This document shows positions 48,417 to 58,477 of a stretch of DNA of 64,000 bases, one piece after another. A model generated the notes under the pieces. It ran no database searches. It had not been told where the DNA came from and was given only the letters and a program-made list of their open reading frames with translations. The DNA comes from Planctomycetota bacterium. GTDB lineage: Bacteria > Planctomycetota > GCA-002687715 > DRQF01. A program made the position numbers and the translations under genes. Within the stretch, counting starts at the first letter, position 1. Every line of letters starts with the position of its first letter. The stretch covers positions 6,348-70,347 of the forward strand of contig JACKGY010000004.1 of the NCBI GenBank assembly GCA_020639295.1, read 5' to 3'.

Positions 48417-48998
48417 TCAGGCGCGGATCGCCGCCCGCAGGCGCTGGAGGACTTGCTTTGAGTCCTCCCAGACCGTCGAGCGGGCGCGGCCGGTCCGTTC
48501 GGCGACCTCGGCCAGGGACAGGCCCTCGACGTAGTAGAGCTGGATCAGCTCGCGCGCCTCGCCGTCCAGCTCGTCCATCGCCTTCTCCAGCCGATCGGTC
48601 GTCTCCCGCCGGGCCGCCCCGCTCGCGACCGAGGTGATGGAAGCGGGGATCGCCGAGGCGATGCTCGCCGCCCGGACGTAGCCCTGGCCCAACCGGCGCC
48701 CCTTGCCCTGGAGATAGCGCAGTCGTTCCCGCACCACGTTGCGCGCCAGGGCCGTCAACCAGCGGTGGAAGCCGCCGCTCTCGTCCTCGACGAAGGCGGC
48801 GCGCAGCTGCCAGGCCCGGAAGATGACCAGCTGGTGGAGGTCGTCCTCGTCCTGGTCGCCGCTCGGCAGGCCGCGCGCGAGCTGGCGGATGAACAGACGG
48901 AGGGGCAGGGCGTGGCGCTCGATCAGCTGCGCGAAGGCGGCGTCGTCACCCGCGCGCATGCGGGCGACCAGGCTCGGGTCCGGCGACGAGGCGCTCAT
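48417..48998 (-). CDS. ECF-type sigma factor (S4), coupled to K4 (ATGA overlap); paralog of S3
   Basis: In-frame ATG 48998 within ORF 48417..49454; it overlaps the K4 stop (48995-48997). Reads DDLHQLVIFRAWQLRAAF...WLTALARNVVRERLRYL...LIQLYYVEGLSLAEVAERTGRARSTVWEDSKQVLQRL. Confidence 0.85.
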   Translation of the reverse strand: MSASSPDPSLVARMRAGDDAAFAQLIERHALPLRLFIRQLARGLPSGDQDEDDLHQLVIFRAWQLRAAFVEDESGGFHRWLTALARNVVRERLRYLQGKGRRLGQGYVRAASIASAIPASITSVASGAARRETTDRLEKAMDELDGEARELIQLYYVEGLSLAEVAERTGRARSTVWEDSKQVLQRLRAAIRA

Positions 48999-51946
48999 CG
49001 CCCGCGCGCCAGGTAAGGGATGTTCATCACCGGCCGCACGCCGATGTTCCCGTCCGGTGACTGGGCGTCCGTGCCGATGCGGGCGGCCGAGCGTGCGTCG
49101 TTCATGGTGTAGGCGAAGGCGCCGCCGCGGAAGATCCGCAGGGTGTCGTTGCTGCTGAACAGCCGCAGGCCGTCGCCTGGGCGGACCGGCCGGTCGTAGT
49201 AGCCGAAACGATCGAGACACCACTCGTAGACGTTGCCGTAGGTGTCGTGGAGACCCCAGGGATTCGGCAGGTAGGAACCGACCGGGGCATGCAGGGCGTA
49301 ACCGTCGTCGAAGTCGCCGAGCCCGCCGTTCTGCTTCTCCCCCGTGAGCCCGGCATGGGCCAGGTCCGTGACGTTGACGCGACCCTTCGCGCCCTCGACG
49401 TCGTCGCCGAAGCTCCAGATCGTGTCCGTCCCCGCGCGGGCCAGGCACTCCCACTGCGCCTCCGTCGGCAGGTCGAGCCCGAAGTGCCCGAGGACGTCTA
49501 CGGCCTCGAACCAGGACAGATACTCGACCGGGTTCCTGGGGGTCACGAACTCGCCCTTGCGGGATTCGTCGCCGATCTTGATGGATGAGGGATTCCGGCC
49601 CGCCAGGTGGATCCAGGCGGCCTGCCAGGCCTCGTACTTCGAGGCCAGGAAGGGATCGAGCACGACCTGGTGGCGCGGGCCCTCGTAGTCGCGCGCCATC
49701 GGATCGTAATGCGGCTTGCCCGGCTCCAGGACGCTGCCCATCGTGAACGCGCCACCCGGCACGAGCACGAAGATGAGGCCGCAGTCCGGGTCGAGCGCCG
49801 GCAGGCGACCCTCGGCGTCGCGCTTCGGGACTTCCTTCTGCTCGTGCGACAGGAAGTGCAGGAACTCCTGGAGTCCCGAGTCCGGATCACGACCGAGCGG
49901 CACGAGGCCGGTGATCGGCCGCAGCTCGAAGCCGGCGAAGCGTCGGTCCGCGGCGAGTTCCTCACCCGCGCGGCGCCAGGCCTCGACGTGGCCTTCGATG
50001 GTGTCGGCGACCAGCGATTCGGCCGCGGCCATGCGCGCCCGCACGCCGGCGAGCAGCCCCGTGCCATCCTCGGGATCGATCCGCGCGATCTGGGCCACGA
50101 GGTGGCGGAGGACCTCGGCCCGCCAGGCGTCGGCCGCCTCGGGGTAGCTGGAATTCTCCAGCCTCGCGACCAGGGCCTCGTAGGCCTTGATGCGCGGGGA
50201 AAGGAGCTCGCTCACGACGCCCTGCGCGGCCTTCGCGGTCCCGCCTTGGAGGCCGGCCCGGCCGTCCTCGTAGGTCTTCAGCTGGTCGCGCATGCGTTCG
50301 AGCTCGGCCCACTCGTGGGGGAGCGCCGCGGCGATCGCGGCCTGGTCGAGCGGGATCTTGCGCTCGAGCAGGGCGGCCAGACCGGTCTCGTGCCGCGCGC
50401 GGCGTCGGAGGAGCTCCTCGGCCCGGTTCAGCCAGTCCCGCATGCGCGGCAAGGTCTCGGGAGCGACCGGCCAGAGCGAGCTCTCCTCGGCGACGAGATC
50501 GTTGGCCTTCTTCACGTCGGAGAGGACCAGCACCTCGTCGAGCGCGCTGGCCAGGCTGTCGCCACGTTCGACCGCCTCCTGCCGCAGCCGGTCGATCCGA
50601 CGCTTGCCCAGCGCGGTCGAGATCGAGAATGCGGTGAGCGTCGCCAGGACGAGGAGACCCAGCGTCGCGACGACGGCGTTGCGCCGGTACCAGCGCAGGG
50701 CCTTGGTCGCTCCGCCGACCGGGCGGACCGACACGGTCTCGCCGCGGCGCAGCCGACCGAGATCCTCGGCCAGGTCGGCGGCCGAACGGTAGCGGCGCTG
50801 CGGCTCGAGTTCCATCGCCGTGGCCACGACGACGGCGAGGTCGCGGCCGATGCCGGCCTGGGCGCGGTCGAGGGGCGTGGCGTCGCCGCGCAGGACCCGA
50901 CGGAAGAGCTCCTCGATCGTGGGCGCCTCGAAGGGCCGACGTCCGGACAGGAGTTCGTAGGCCGTGATGCCGAGGGCGTAGACGTCCTCGGTCGGGGCCG
51001 CCTCGAGCTTCGGATGCCGGAGGCGCTCGGGGGCGATGTAGGCCGGAGTGCCCAGGACGTCCAGGCTCGCGGTCAAGCTCGGCCCCTGATCGTCGAGGAT
51101 CTTGGCCAAGCCGAAGTCGAGGAGCACCGGCGAACCGTCCTCGCGGAGCATCACGTTGCCCGGCTTCAGATCCCGGTGGACGACGCCGGCCGCGTGTGCG
51201 GTCTCGAGCGCGCGCGCCACCTGTTCGAGGATCTCGAGCCGGCGCTCGATCTCCTGACGATCGAGCCGGTCGCCGGAGCGGCCCTCCTGGATCAGCTGGG
51301 TCAGGCTGCTGCCGGATACCAGCTCCATGGCGATGAAGGGCTGCCCGTTGTCGACGCCGGCCTCGAAGATCTTGCCGATGCCCGGGTGCGACAGCCGCGA
51401 GACCGCGCGGGCCTCGCGCTTGAAGCGTTCCAGACCACGATCATCGAGCGCGGCGCCGAGGTGGAAGACCTTGAGCGCGACCTTCCGGCCCAGCTTGACG
51501 TCGACCGCGCGATGGACGGTCGCCTGGCCACCGCGGCCGAGCGTCTCTTCGCAGCGGTAGGTGGCGACCTGCCCGGCGCCGGCGTCGGCGGCGCCGCGGC
51601 TCCCCGACACCAGGGCCAGATAGCAGCGCGCGACCTCCTCGACCGCCCCGGGGAACTCCGCCAGATAGTCCGCGAGGCTCCGGTCCCGGTCCTCGGCCCG
51701 GTCGCGCCAGTAGGCGTCGAGGAAGGCGGCCACCGAGCGCGCGGCGGGGTCCTCGTCGCGGGCTCCGATCGGCTCCTCGCCGAGATCGAGCTCCTCCGGC
51801 CGACCGCCGCGGAGCTCCAGCATCTCGTCGAATTCGCGCCGCTGCGCGGGTGTGAGGGCTCGGTACTCGGACCCGACGCGGCCCCCGTCAAGGGCGCGCT
51901 GCAGGAGGTCGTCGAGGTGGTCGAAGTCGAGATCGTCGGCGCTCAT
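48995..51946 (-). CDS. Ser/Thr protein kinase with TM, coiled-coil and C-terminal FGE-sulfatase-type domain (K4); paralog of K3
   Basis: 983-aa ORF. Kinase motifs HRDLKPGNVML, DFGLA, GTPAYIAPE. TM segment VVATLGLLVLATLTAFSI. FGE-sulfatase-like motifs LPTEAQWECLARAG, GNVYEWCLD, RIFRGGAF. Co-linear with K3 along its whole length (about half or more of residues identical by eye). Confidence 0.9.
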   Translation of the reverse strand: MSADDLDFDHLDDLLQRALDGGRVGSEYRALTPAQRREFDEMLELRGGRPEELDLGEEPIGARDEDPAARSVAAFLDAYWRDRAEDRDRSLADYLAEFPGAVEEVARCYLALVSGSRGAADAGAGQVATYRCEETLGRGGQATVHRAVDVKLGRKVALKVFHLGAALDDRGLERFKREARAVSRLSHPGIGKIFEAGVDNGQPFIAMELVSGSSLTQLIQEGRSGDRLDRQEIERRLEILEQVARALETAHAAGVVHRDLKPGNVMLREDGSPVLLDFGLAKILDDQGPSLTASLDVLGTPAYIAPERLRHPKLEAAPTEDVYALGITAYELLSGRRPFEAPTIEELFRRVLRGDATPLDRAQAGIGRDLAVVVATAMELEPQRRYRSAADLAEDLGRLRRGETVSVRPVGGATKALRWYRRNAVVATLGLLVLATLTAFSISTALGKRRIDRLRQEAVERGDSLASALDEVLVLSDVKKANDLVAEESSLWPVAPETLPRMRDWLNRAEELLRRRARHETGLAALLERKIPLDQAAIAAALPHEWAELERMRDQLKTYEDGRAGLQGGTAKAAQGVVSELLSPRIKAYEALVARLENSSYPEAADAWRAEVLRHLVAQIARIDPEDGTGLLAGVRARMAAAESLVADTIEGHVEAWRRAGEELAADRRFAGFELRPITGLVPLGRDPDSGLQEFLHFLSHEQKEVPKRDAEGRLPALDPDCGLIFVLVPGGAFTMGSVLEPGKPHYDPMARDYEGPRHQVVLDPFLASKYEAWQAAWIHLAGRNPSSIKIGDESRKGEFVTPRNPVEYLSWFEAVDVLGHFGLDLPTEAQWECLARAGTDTIWSFGDDVEGAKGRVNVTDLAHAGLTGEKQNGGLGDFDDGYALHAPVGSYLPNPWGLHDTYGNVYEWCLDRFGYYDRPVRPGDGLRLFSSNDTLRIFRGGAFAYTMNDARSAARIGTDAQSPDGNIGVRPVMNIPYLARGR

Positions 51947-52078
51947 GGGGCATCCGGCTCGGGGCGAGCTGCCATCTTAGTGGCCTCGGTTCGCGCCCGG
52001 AACGAACAAATTCTCCCGGGCCGCTCCGCCCAAACCCGATCCCCGAGCGGGCTTGCGTCGGTCGGTCCGGATCGCCGC

Positions 52079-52096
52079 GAAATTCTCCGGACGAGG
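52079..52096 (+). promoter_or_regulatory. Conserved motif GAAATTCTCCGGACGAGG in the divergent K4/P4 intergenic region
   Basis: 56 nt upstream of the P4 ATG; counterpart of 30261-30278. The downstream leaders also resemble each other: GCAACCAAACCCCTTCGGAGA versus GAACCAGAAACCCCCACACCGGAGA. Confidence 0.35.
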
Positions 52097-52152
52097 CGGG
52101 CTTCGCGGCCCTTGGTCTCGTGTCCGCAACCAAACCCCTTCGGAGACCCCCC

Positions 52153-54657
52153 ATGAAGCATGTAGCCCTCTTCTCGATCCTCCTTTGCCTCCTGGCCGGG
52201 CAGGGCCTGGCCCAGTACCAGCTCCCGACCCCCGGCCTGGCGAGCAACGTCTCTCCCGGCACGATGTTCGACATCCAGGCCGGCACGGCCGACATCCGGA
52301 TCACCGGCTTCGACACCTACTTCCAGGCCGGGCTCGCGGAGGTCGAGATCTATCGGGTCACCAACGGCACGAGCTTCGTCGGCAATGAGAACGACGCCAA
52401 CGCCTGGACTCTCGTGGCCACGGCGACGATCAGCTCGAACGGTGGCTCGACGCCTACCCAGCTCCCTTGCGCGCTCGACGTCGACATCCGGGCCGGGGCG
52501 ACCCAGGGCTTCTACATCACCGTGTCGACCGGTCTCGTGTACCTGAACTACCGGACCGGCACGAACAGCGGTGGTGTGCTCGCCGCCAACACGGATCTGA
52601 CCATCCGCGAGGGTGTCGGCAAGAATTACCCCTTCGGCACCACCTTCGGGACCACGACCGCGGGCGGCTCGTCGCGGAACTTCTGCGGGGTCGTTCGATA
52701 CGACAAGGGCTTCGAGAATTCCTACTACCAGATCGGGGTGACCCCGACGGTGACCGACGCCAAGTCGAGCGTCACCCTCAACCTGAGGGCGGAGGCGCGC
52801 GACGTGGTCCTCGATCGGATCGCGGTCACGCTCGCGGCCGGCACCCATGACCTCGAACTCTGGGTCACCGAGAACTACCTCAGCTCCGGCGCCGTCGGCA
52901 CGAATCCCGGCGACTGGCGCAAGATCGGTTCGACGACCGGATTCGTCGCCTCGGGCGGCCGCGATCGCCTGCCGATGGACTTCGAGGTGGTCATTCCCAA
53001 GGGCACGAGCCGGGGCTTCTACCTGGTCTCGAGCCAGTCCGCCGGCATTCCCTTCTCGAACGTGAACCTCGCGTCGCCATCCGACAAGCTGACGGTCCTG
53101 GCCGGCAAGTCCTATGCCGGTCCCGGCCTGTTCACCAACCAGGTCTCCACCGCGTTCATCCAGGCCACCTACTACTACCACATCCCGGAGCAGAACTTCG
53201 GCATCACGCCCGGCGGGACCGGGGTCATGACCAGTCCGGCCACGCCGAGCTTCTTCGACGTGGGGACCTTCTACGACGTCAAGTCGAACGAGGCGATCGT
53301 CATCGAGTCGCTCGATCACGTGGTCTTGGCCGGGACGCACACCATCGAGGTCTGGGCGGTCACCGGCGGCGGCAGCTGGGCCTCCAATCAGAGCAACCAG
53401 GCGGCCTGGACGTTGATCAGCACCGAGTCGGTCACCGCGGCGAACTCGGGCTCGGTGCAGGTCGCCAAGGATCTGCGGCTGTTCATCCCGGCGGGCGGCG
53501 TGCAGGGGCTCTACGTCACCGGGACCTCGAACGGCACCAATTCGATCCTCTACGAACAGGACTTCTCCACCGCGGGCGACTTCGCCACCGATGGCACCGT
53601 CACCCTGGCGACCGGCGGCGCCGGCGACTATCCCTTCGTGCCCCAGGTCTACTCCGTCAAGCCCAACGTCTCGGTCCACTACCGCGAGCTCGGGCAATCG
53701 CTCGGCGGCTTCCTGGAGACCTTCGCCAGCGCCTCGGGCATCCAGCCGCCGTCCGGGTGGATCTCGTCCCTGGTGACCGGCGACCGTCCGAAGCTGGACG
53801 GCTGGCGCTTCGACAATCCGGGCGGCCGCCCCATCAACTCGCCCATCTCGGCCCCGATGGCCATCTGCGACTCCGACGAATCCGGGAGCGGCAATCCCAT
53901 CGACGCGGCCCTCATCTCGCCGCGCTTCGACGCCTCGATCGGCAAGGTGACCCTCGCCTTCGACCACCACTTCCGTCAGTTCGACACCAGCGTGGGCGCG
54001 GTCGAGGTCTGGAACGGATCGAGCTGGGTTCTCGTCGCCAGCTTCTCGGCGGATACCGCCAACCCGGCGCACCAGAGCTACGACATCACCGCGGCCGCCG
54101 GCGGCTACGAAGAGGCGATGATCCGGTTCCGCTACACCGGCGACTTCGAGTGGTGGTGGATGATCGACAACGTGCACCTCGCCATCGGCCAGCTCGGTCA
54201 GCGGCCGCAGCTCGGCATCGGCGAGTTCGACATCAACTACGCCACCGACGCCGTCCACGGCCAGCCGGTCAGCTCCGGTCTCCCCGGTCCCTACGTCGCC
54301 ACCGCGGACATCTTCTCGCCCACGGTCTTCCGCTGGGACGGCGAGCCGAATCAGCCGGTGCAGCTCTTCGTCGGCAATCTCAATCTCGCCAACGTGGTGC
54401 TCATGCCGCAGGGCCAGCTCGACGTCGGCAGCTACGATCCGGGCACCGGAACCTTCCCGGGCATCCTGCTGCTCGCCGACGGCACCGCGCCCGACCTCTT
54501 GAACGCCGCCTTCCGCACCTCGAGCGGCGGGCGCCTGGTGATGCCGCTCTACCTGCCGCCCTACACGGTCGGCTTCACCTATCACTTCCAGAGCGTCGTC
54601 TACTCCTCGACCCAGAACATCGCGCTCACCAACGTGGTGTCCATGACGGTCGAATGA
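52153..54657 (+). CDS. Secreted ~835-aa protein, P family (P4)
   Basis: ORF 52120..54657, with start ATG 52153 giving MKHVALFSILLCLLAGQGLAQ. Three internal repeats. MAM-like block GWRFDNPG..SPRFDAS..VEVWNGSSWVLV..MIRFRYTGDFEWWWMIDNV. C-terminal module QRPQLGIGEFDIN..WDGEPNQPVQLF..PQGQLDVGSYDP..FQSVVYSSTQNIALTN. Confidence 0.85.
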   Translation: MKHVALFSILLCLLAGQGLAQYQLPTPGLASNVSPGTMFDIQAGTADIRITGFDTYFQAGLAEVEIYRVTNGTSFVGNENDANAWTLVATATISSNGGSTPTQLPCALDVDIRAGATQGFYITVSTGLVYLNYRTGTNSGGVLAANTDLTIREGVGKNYPFGTTFGTTTAGGSSRNFCGVVRYDKGFENSYYQIGVTPTVTDAKSSVTLNLRAEARDVVLDRIAVTLAAGTHDLELWVTENYLSSGAVGTNPGDWRKIGSTTGFVASGGRDRLPMDFEVVIPKGTSRGFYLVSSQSAGIPFSNVNLASPSDKLTVLAGKSYAGPGLFTNQVSTAFIQATYYYHIPEQNFGITPGGTGVMTSPATPSFFDVGTFYDVKSNEAIVIESLDHVVLAGTHTIEVWAVTGGGSWASNQSNQAAWTLISTESVTAANSGSVQVAKDLRLFIPAGGVQGLYVTGTSNGTNSILYEQDFSTAGDFATDGTVTLATGGAGDYPFVPQVYSVKPNVSVHYRELGQSLGGFLETFASASGIQPPSGWISSLVTGDRPKLDGWRFDNPGGRPINSPISAPMAICDSDESGSGNPIDAALISPRFDASIGKVTLAFDHHFRQFDTSVGAVEVWNGSSWVLVASFSADTANPAHQSYDITAAAGGYEEAMIRFRYTGDFEWWWMIDNVHLAIGQLGQRPQLGIGEFDINYATDAVHGQPVSSGLPGPYVATADIFSPTVFRWDGEPNQPVQLFVGNLNLANVVLMPQGQLDVGSYDPGTGTFPGILLLADGTAPDLLNAAFRTSSGGRLVMPLYLPPYTVGFTYHFQSVVYSSTQNIALTNVVSMTVE

Positions 54658-54865
54658 CACCATCCGAAGGGGTTGCCGCCAGCGGATGACGGCGACCCGG
54701 CCGGGCCGCGATCTCCTGCCGATGGCCGGGGTCGCGGCCCGTTCTCGTCGGTGCCGGACCGGCCCCGGGCGGCCCGGCCTCCTGCCGAATCCGCCGCTTC
54801 TGGCCTGACCGATCGCCGATCCATAGACTCTGCCTTCGTTCGCCCCCGACCGGAGCAGGAGTTTC

Positions 54866-56986
54866 ATGTCGCGGCCCGTCGCCAGTCTCGTCGCCCTCTT
54901 CGTCTTGGCTGCCACGGCCCTCGCCCAGCTCCCACCCGCGGGCCAGCCGCCCGCGAGCCAGCCGAGCCCGCAGGAGGCGCCGGCCTCGCAGCCGACGCCG
55001 CCGAGCTTCCTCGACCTGCGCCGGAGCCTCGATGACCAGGCGACGACCGACCTCGACCGGCGGCGCGCCATCGTCCAGCTGCGATCGTTGGCGGACGACC
55101 GGGTCCGCCCCTACCTGCTCGAACTCTTCGGCCGCGAGTCGATGGCCGCCTATCGCGCGGCGATCGTGGCCGTCCTCGCCGATCTGGAGCCGGACGACGA
55201 GCTGCGCCGGCTGGTGCGCGAGAGCCTGGTGAGCGCCGACTTCGCGCTGCGCTCGGCGGCGGCGCGCGCCCTGGTGAAGGTCGATCCGGACTGGAAGAGG
55301 GTCTTCCGCAGGTTGCTCGACGACGAGGGCGAGCGTTCGCTGCATGGGAACCTGGTCTTCGCGATCGCCTACAGCGACGACGAGGGCGCGCTCGACTTCC
55401 TGCGCGAGATCCTGGAGCGTCACCCCGAGCAACTGGGGGCCCTGACGATCAGCTACGCCAGCAGCCGTTTCGGCATCGAGGCGGTGTACAAGGACTTCCT
55501 CCAGCCGCAGCTCCGCAAGCAGGCCGACGAGAACCTCCGCTACGCCGCGCTCGCGGTCCTCGGTCAGGCCAAGGACCGGCGCTTCCTGTCGGGGCTGGGC
55601 CGGCACCTCTCCCGCCAGGAGCGACAGCAGACGGCGACGCGCTGGTTGCCGCTCCTGGCCGGGCTGGATGACCCCGATGCCTTCCAGGTCATGCTGGAGA
55701 TGGTCGACAAGGCGACGCCTTTCGTGGAACGCTCCTTCCTCGACCAGGCGGCCCGGATGCAGCACCCGAAGATCCGGGCCTGGTTCCGCGATCGGGGCGC
55801 GCGCATGCCGGAGCCCTGCATCCGGCGCGCCGCCCTGGCCAACATGCGGGCCTTCCCCGAGGCCCGGAACGTGCCGGTCTTGAAGAAGCTCTGCGAGAGC
55901 GACGAGGCCGAGACCGTCGCCGCGGCCCTCTCGGCGCTCGCCCGCCACGCGCGCGAGCTCGCCGAACCGGTGATCCGCAAGTGCTATCAGCAGGGCGGCG
56001 TGCAGAAGGCGGCGGATGCCCTCGATGCCTGCGCCGAACTCTGCGGCGACGATCCGACCCTGCTCGCCGATCTGCTCCAGATCGCCGGCCAGTCGCGGGC
56101 CTGGGAGCTGCGGGTCGTGGCGATGCGCCTCCTTCAGGACCACCATGCCGCCGAGGCGCGCGAGATCCTGCTCGCCAATGCCGAGCACGCGCGGGGCGCG
56201 GTCCGGATCGGCGCCTACGACGCCTTGACCTACCTGCGCGACCGTGAGGTCGTCGACTTCCTGATCGGCCGCCTCGACCACGAGGACGGCCGCCCGCTCG
56301 GCGAACTCGTCGCCGCCCTGACCAACCTCACCGGTAGTCAGTGGGGTCGTCGGGTCGAGCGCTGGCAGGCCTGGTGGCGGAAGGTCCGCGCCGACTACCC
56401 GTTGCCGCCCCGACCGGAGCGAACGGTGGTCGTGCGTGACGACGATGGCCAGCGCTACGGCTTCTACGGCATCGATGTCGATTCCACCCGCGTCGTCTTC
56501 GTCATCGACACCTCGGGATCGATGTCGGCCCGGTCGAACACCGGCACGACCGATCGGATCTACCAGGCCAAGAACGAGCTGAAGTCGGCCCTGAGTCGAT
56601 TCGGCGAGAAGCACGCCTTCGACATCATCGCCTTCAACGGCGCCCCCCGGGCCTATGCCGGGCGGCTGGTGAAGGCGAGTCCGGTCGAGCTGGACAAGGC
56701 CCGCGCCTGGGTCGACGCCCTGCAGGCGGCCGGCGGCACCAACATCTACGACTCCCTCGACCTGGCCCTGGCCACCGACGACGTCGATACCGTCTTCCTG
56801 CTCTCCGACGGCGCGCCCGGCAACGGCAAGTACGTCGACACCGACCTGATCCTCGAGGCGATCCGGCGGCAGAACCGCTTCCGGCGGATCAGGATCAACG
56901 CCATCGGCATCGGTGTCGCCGGCGAGGCCCGCCGCCTGGTCGAGACCCTCGCCAAGGAGAACTGGGGCGTCTCCGTCATCCTCTGA
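54866..56986 (+). CDS. Secreted HEAT-repeat protein with C-terminal von Willebrand factor A (vWA) domain
   Basis: 706-aa ORF with signal peptide MSRPVASLVALFVLAATALAQ. Long helical-repeat region. vWA with MIDAS-like VVFVIDTSGSMS ... GGTNIYDSL ... VFLLSDGAP. Confidence 0.85.
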   Translation: MSRPVASLVALFVLAATALAQLPPAGQPPASQPSPQEAPASQPTPPSFLDLRRSLDDQATTDLDRRRAIVQLRSLADDRVRPYLLELFGRESMAAYRAAIVAVLADLEPDDELRRLVRESLVSADFALRSAAARALVKVDPDWKRVFRRLLDDEGERSLHGNLVFAIAYSDDEGALDFLREILERHPEQLGALTISYASSRFGIEAVYKDFLQPQLRKQADENLRYAALAVLGQAKDRRFLSGLGRHLSRQERQQTATRWLPLLAGLDDPDAFQVMLEMVDKATPFVERSFLDQAARMQHPKIRAWFRDRGARMPEPCIRRAALANMRAFPEARNVPVLKKLCESDEAETVAAALSALARHARELAEPVIRKCYQQGGVQKAADALDACAELCGDDPTLLADLLQIAGQSRAWELRVVAMRLLQDHHAAEAREILLANAEHARGAVRIGAYDALTYLRDREVVDFLIGRLDHEDGRPLGELVAALTNLTGSQWGRRVERWQAWWRKVRADYPLPPRPERTVVVRDDDGQRYGFYGIDVDSTRVVFVIDTSGSMSARSNTGTTDRIYQAKNELKSALSRFGEKHAFDIIAFNGAPRAYAGRLVKASPVELDKARAWVDALQAAGGTNIYDSLDLALATDDVDTVFLLSDGAPGNGKYVDTDLILEAIRRQNRFRRIRINAIGIGVAGEARRLVETLAKENWGVSVIL

Positions 56987-58442
56987 CCGGCTGGTCGTCG
57001 CCCAGTCCGAGGATCTCCCGGATCGTCGCCTCCAGCGCGCGGGCCTCGTCGCGGTCGGGGATGCCGTCACCGAGCGTGATGCGGCGGCCGTCGACCAGCT
57101 CGAGGCGCAGGCGGTGGTAGGCCCGGTTCCCCGACTGCGCGCCGACGTCGACCGCGAGATCGCGGATCTCGGGGCGCGCATGCCAGCCGCGACGGACCAT
57201 GCCGAGGACACGCTTCTCGTAGCCGATCCCGTCCCGGCGGACGTGGATCAGCGCGGCGGCGAACAGCAGGTGGAAGAAGCCGAGCAGGATCAGGGCCTCG
57301 AACAGGCTGAAGACGATCGGGAAGATGATCGGCGCGTCGCTCTTGCTCAGCGCGAAGCAGACGCCGGCCCAGATCAGCGCCATCACGCCGAGCACCGCCA
57401 CGACGGCCGGATTGCGGCCGGCCGGAAAATCGAGTTCGATGGCGCCGTCGGCGAGCCGGCGCAGACCGATCCGCGACCGCGGGCCCGGGCTGCCGCGTCG
57501 CTCCGCCTCGGCGAGGTCGATGGCCTGCGGCGCCGCTTCGGTCAGCGTCCGGTCGGAGTCCTCGGTGACGAAGACCGGGACCTCGAACCGATGGTCGTAG
57601 TCGGCGCCGACGAGATCGGCACGGGCTTCGACCCGCCAGACGATGCGGTTGTTGCCGCGATTCGGGTCGCTGGCGCGCTGGCCCCAGGGGATGACGAAAC
57701 GGACCGGGATCTCGCTGCCGCCGGCGGCGTTCTGGACCACGGCCTCCGGACCGATCGTCCGGTTGCTCTCCCAGAGGAGGTGCTCGGTCGTGGAGCTGTT
57801 CTTGCCGTTGCTGGTGGTGACCACGTTCAGGCAGGCGAGCCGCAGGCTCAGGTCGGATTCGATCTCGACCGGGCGGGCGCTGACGATGCGGCCGACGAGC
57901 TCGCCGCCGATGACGCCCGGGCGCGTTTCGAGGATGAGGACGTTGCGGCCGAAGCGTCGTGCCCGCAGGCTGCTACCGATCGCGAGGCCCAGGAGCAGGA
58001 GCCCGATCAGCGGGAAGAGGATCACGATCCAGACCACCGGATCGGCCTCCGAGTCGGCGAGAGCCAGGGGGGCGACCGTCCAGGAGATCGCGTTCCAGAA
58101 CAGGGCGAAGATCCAGAGGACGAGGGCCAGGCCACCCTGGCTGCTGACGATCTCGCCGCTCGCCCAGTCGGGACGCCAGAGCCAGGGACGTTCAGGCTCG
58201 GCCGCGACCAGGGCGTGGCGGCGCGCCATCGTGCCGCGCATGCGCAGGGCCGCGATCATGATGCCGAGCCCGACCACGCTGAACACGCCGCCCACCACCA
58301 GGACCACGGCCAGGCCATCGCCGCCGTCGAGTCCCACCAGGAGGGAGATGATGCCCACCGCCGCGAAGACCGCGCCGAAGCCGAAGAGGAAGAAGAAGCC
58401 AACCTGGTCGGCACATCCGGTACGAGGCGTGGTCTCGTTCAT
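56976..58442 (-). CDS. Multi-pass membrane protein, unknown function
   Basis: In-frame ATG 58442 within ORF 56976..59282; the part of that ORF above 58442 overlaps the histidine-kinase gene out of frame. Several hydrophobic spans (VGFFFLFGFGAVFAAVGIISLLVGL; LAVVLVVGGVFSVVGLGIMIAAL; LALVLWIFALFWNAISW; VVWIVILFPLIGLLLLGLAIG; VVAVLGVMALIWAGVCFAL; IIFPIVFSLFEALILLGFFHLLFAAALI) flank a soluble beta-like insert. Confidence 0.7.
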   Translation of the reverse strand: MNETTPRTGCADQVGFFFLFGFGAVFAAVGIISLLVGLDGGDGLAVVLVVGGVFSVVGLGIMIAALRMRGTMARRHALVAAEPERPWLWRPDWASGEIVSSQGGLALVLWIFALFWNAISWTVAPLALADSEADPVVWIVILFPLIGLLLLGLAIGSSLRARRFGRNVLILETRPGVIGGELVGRIVSARPVEIESDLSLRLACLNVVTTSNGKNSSTTEHLLWESNRTIGPEAVVQNAAGGSEIPVRFVIPWGQRASDPNRGNNRIVWRVEARADLVGADYDHRFEVPVFVTEDSDRTLTEAAPQAIDLAEAERRGSPGPRSRIGLRRLADGAIELDFPAGRNPAVVAVLGVMALIWAGVCFALSKSDAPIIFPIVFSLFEALILLGFFHLLFAAALIHVRRDGIGYEKRVLGMVRRGWHARPEIRDLAVDVGAQSGNRAYHRLRLELVDGRRITLGDGIPDRDEARALEATIREILGLGDDQPVRG

Positions 58443-58477
58443 GTTCCACCTGTCGCGATCGTGGTCACCTGGGGCAG

